This document shows positions 61,712-64,000 of a stretch of 64,000 nucleotides of DNA, piece by piece. Position 1 is the stretch's first letter; each line of letters starts with the position of its first letter. The translations under genes were made by a program, and so were the position numbers. Below the pieces are notes generated by a model, which was not told the DNA's origin, did no database searches, and was given only the letters and a program-made list of their open reading frames with translations. Source of the DNA: Macrostomum lignano (taxonomy: Eukaryota); contig NIVC01002903.1 of assembly GCA_002269645.1 (NCBI GenBank), positions 7,040 to 71,039 of the forward strand, in the 5' to 3' direction.

Positions 61712-62057
61712 GGTCTGTGGGCTGCCCCAACCCCCTCTTATCTGTGGACTGTTTCAACCCCCTTCTTATCTGTGGACTGTTTCAACCCCCTTCTTATCTG
61801 TGGACTGTTTCAACCCCCTTCTTATCTGTGGACTGTTTCAACCCTATTCTTATCTGTAGACTGTTTCAACCCCTTTCTTATCTGTGGACTGTTTCAACCC
61901 CCTTCTTATCTGTAGACTTTTTCAACCCCCTTCTTATCTGTGGGCTGCCCAACCCTCTTTTTATCTGTGGGCTGCCCCCCCCTTCTTATCTGTGGGATGC
62001 CCTAACCCCCCTTATCTGTGGGCTGCCAAAAACCCCTTCTTATCTGTGGACTGCCCC
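61712..62057. repeat. 28-bp minisatellite (TTATCTGTGGACTGTTTCAACCCCCTTC)n
   Basis: Direct inspection. Confidence 0.93.
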
Positions 62058-62470
62058 AGCGCCTCTTATAATAAGATAATGTATCAATAAGATTGTTTAC
62101 TATCAATTAATTTTACCGCCAATCAGGTTTGTTGGCCAGACTGCCAATCAGCCTTTGTTGAAGTCACTTTCTTAGAAGTGAGCAAAGGAAATTAAGAGCA
62201 AAGTAGAGAGGGAAAAAGCTAACAAAGGCGAATTAATGAGTTACAACTTTTGTATTAAGGCAATTATGGATATAAGAGTATAAACTTAGATATTACAAGC
62301 GTAGCTCATTATCAAAATATACTTGCAACAAACATGGGCTCAATCAGATCCAGGTGTTAGCTCTCTCCTGTGTCAACCCACTCGAGTGACCCAGGACGAT
62401 GCCAACAGGACATCCCAACTATGCCAACCCACCATCCGAAGCAGACTCAGACTCAGCAGCAAATACCCAC

Positions 62471-63293
62471 CTGCATGAGGTTGGCGGCTGGCGAGTTCTC
62501 GGCCACCGCCATCTCGTAGGTGTGCCTCTCAAACTCCGGAAAGCAGTCGTTGGCGTCCAGCACCGCCACATTCAGCTGCAGGTGTCCAAACCGTCGAGGC
62601 GCGTCGCCGAAGTCCGTAGCCGCCACAGTCAGGTTGTACTTTGCCAGGCGTTCTCGGTCTAGCGGCGCCGTTAACTTTAAGTACACCTGCGTTGCCGAGT
62701 CAAACTCGACGCTGAATTCTGTTGGCGACGTTTCCACCAGCGAGTAGGCGAGGCGGGCGTTCCGGCCGCTGTCGGCGTCCGTGGCGTGCGGAATCGCCCG
62801 CCTGGTGCCCGGCGGATCGGCCTCGCTGAACTGCAGTCGGTGTCGCGGTGGCTCGAACACCGGCGAGTGATCGTTTACGTCCAGGACGCTGATCCGAACG
62901 CTGAACACCAACATGGGCTCCTCGAGCGGTTTCAGGATGCAGCTCAGCATCAGTTGGCAGTCAGCCGTGTCCGAGTCCGGACAGACGGCCTCCCGGTCGA
63001 GCCGGCGTACCAGCGTCAGGTCGTAGCGAATCGCAGCGCCGTTGCCATGTCCGCCTATCGATTTTTTCACCCGAAAGTGCTGCCGGAAGTCGGGCCGGTG
63101 CAGAAGAAATTCCACAGAACGGCGAGTCAGAGCCGCCTGGCTGAGCTGGTCGCCCAGCCGCAGGTCGGCCACAAGGTCTCCAATAATTAGCGGCCGTCCG
63201 TCTCCTCGGCAACTGAATAGCTCACGTTGTACCGGCTTGTATCGCCGGCCATGGCAGCAAAGCAAGCAGCAAAAGCAACGGAGACGCCGGCAT
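62471..63293 (-). CDS. Protocadherin (delta1-like, 7 EC) exon 1: signal peptide, EC1, EC2, start of EC3; two 1-bp frameshifts near 63227 and 63193
   Basis: ATG at 63293: MPASPLLLLLALLPWPAIQAG, then VSYSVAEETDG, then PLIIGDLVADL in successive frames. LDREAVC-x7-C, DVNDHSP, ATDADSGRN, DANDCFP. CAG|GTGGGT donor at 62471. Confidence 0.88.
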
Positions 63294-63442
63294 CGCGTCG
63301 TTGTTCTGCTTCTGGGCACTCGGTCGGCGCTGTGTGAGCATTTTTGTTTTAATGAACTGTAATTTCCTGTGGAAGCTTATGTTCAACATTTATATACAGT
63401 AACAAGTGGTGCCATGGGAAAGACAGAGCCTAACTTTGTTGC

Positions 63443-63650
63443 GTGGGGTGGGTGTTATTTGAAGAGTCCGCGGCGTGGGGTGGGTGTTATTTGAAGCGTC
63501 CGCGGCGTGGGGTGGTGTTATTTGAAGCGTCCGCGCGTGGGTGGTGTTATTTAAAGCGTACGTGCGTGGGGTGGGTGTTATTTGAAGCATCCGGCGTGGG
63601 TTGGGTGTTATTTAAAGCGTCCGCCGCGGCGTGGTTTGGGTGTTATTTGA
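63443..63650. repeat. Degenerate ~30-bp repeat (GCGTGGGGTGGGTGTTATTTGAAGCGTCCGCG)
   Basis: About 7 copies, upstream of the protocadherin ATG. Confidence 0.88.
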
Positions 63651-64000
63651 AATCTTCGCGATGGGTGGTTGGTTGGGCATTTGGGTTGGGAATGAAGCAA
63701 TAAAAGTGCTTCGCTTAAGGTCTCGACTCTGTGCCAAGCAAAATAAGAAGGCTGAAGCCCTGCTACAACCGCAAGCTGAGCTGTTTCCCCAAAGCGAAAG
63801 GCAAACGAACGACCGCCTGTCCATCGGCTCGATTGATGCGCTTGTCTGACTGATGATTGGTCATGCGATATCCTTTAAGACAAAATGGGCTCTTTTTTCT
63901 ACGCCGAACACGGGCAAATAATAAACGTATCGTTTGGAGTCCCTCGCTGCAAATGAAGCAGAACGACAACAAAACGGCGAAGTTGAACAGCCTCCAAGCT

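Noticed and set aside
60323-63362. Plus-strand ORFs overlapping the protocadherin and the retrotransposon (e.g. 60323-61186, 6098-6592)
   Set aside because: Antisense shadows of GC-rich coding sequence, with no independent motifs.

Overview
Eukaryotic (animal) genomic DNA with spliceosomal introns (mostly GTGAG donors), GC-rich coding exons and about 30 unrelated micro/minisatellite arrays. The style resembles the flatworm Macrostomum, but that is inference only. Genes: (1) a TTLL10-like tubulin glycylase (minus strand, 10184->3675) whose exon 2 is split by a 5'-truncated 3.6-kb non-LTR retrotransposon (partial APE, RT, RNase H) with a 9-bp target-site duplication, inserted in the same orientation and in frame with the host gene; (2) one or two plus-strand multi-exon genes of unknown function (about 12.3-25.4 kb and 26.5-29.2 kb), supported by phase-consistent splice sites; (3) an intact 3-exon MEPCE/Bin3 methyltransferase (43893-46708, +); (4) a 7-cadherin-repeat delta1-like protocadherin (minus, 63293->58812, tail exons uncertain) with three 1-bp homopolymer frameshifts. 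Also present: a deleted Harbinger element (136-1048), two RFX X-box motifs, several foldback/MITE elements, and a ~7-kb AT-rich non-coding island (about 36.3-43.3 kb) full of decayed, nested inverted-repeat elements. Most long ORFs in the supplied track are translations of tandem repeats. No CRISPR, rRNA or tRNA was found. All homology calls are from recalled motifs, not database searches.
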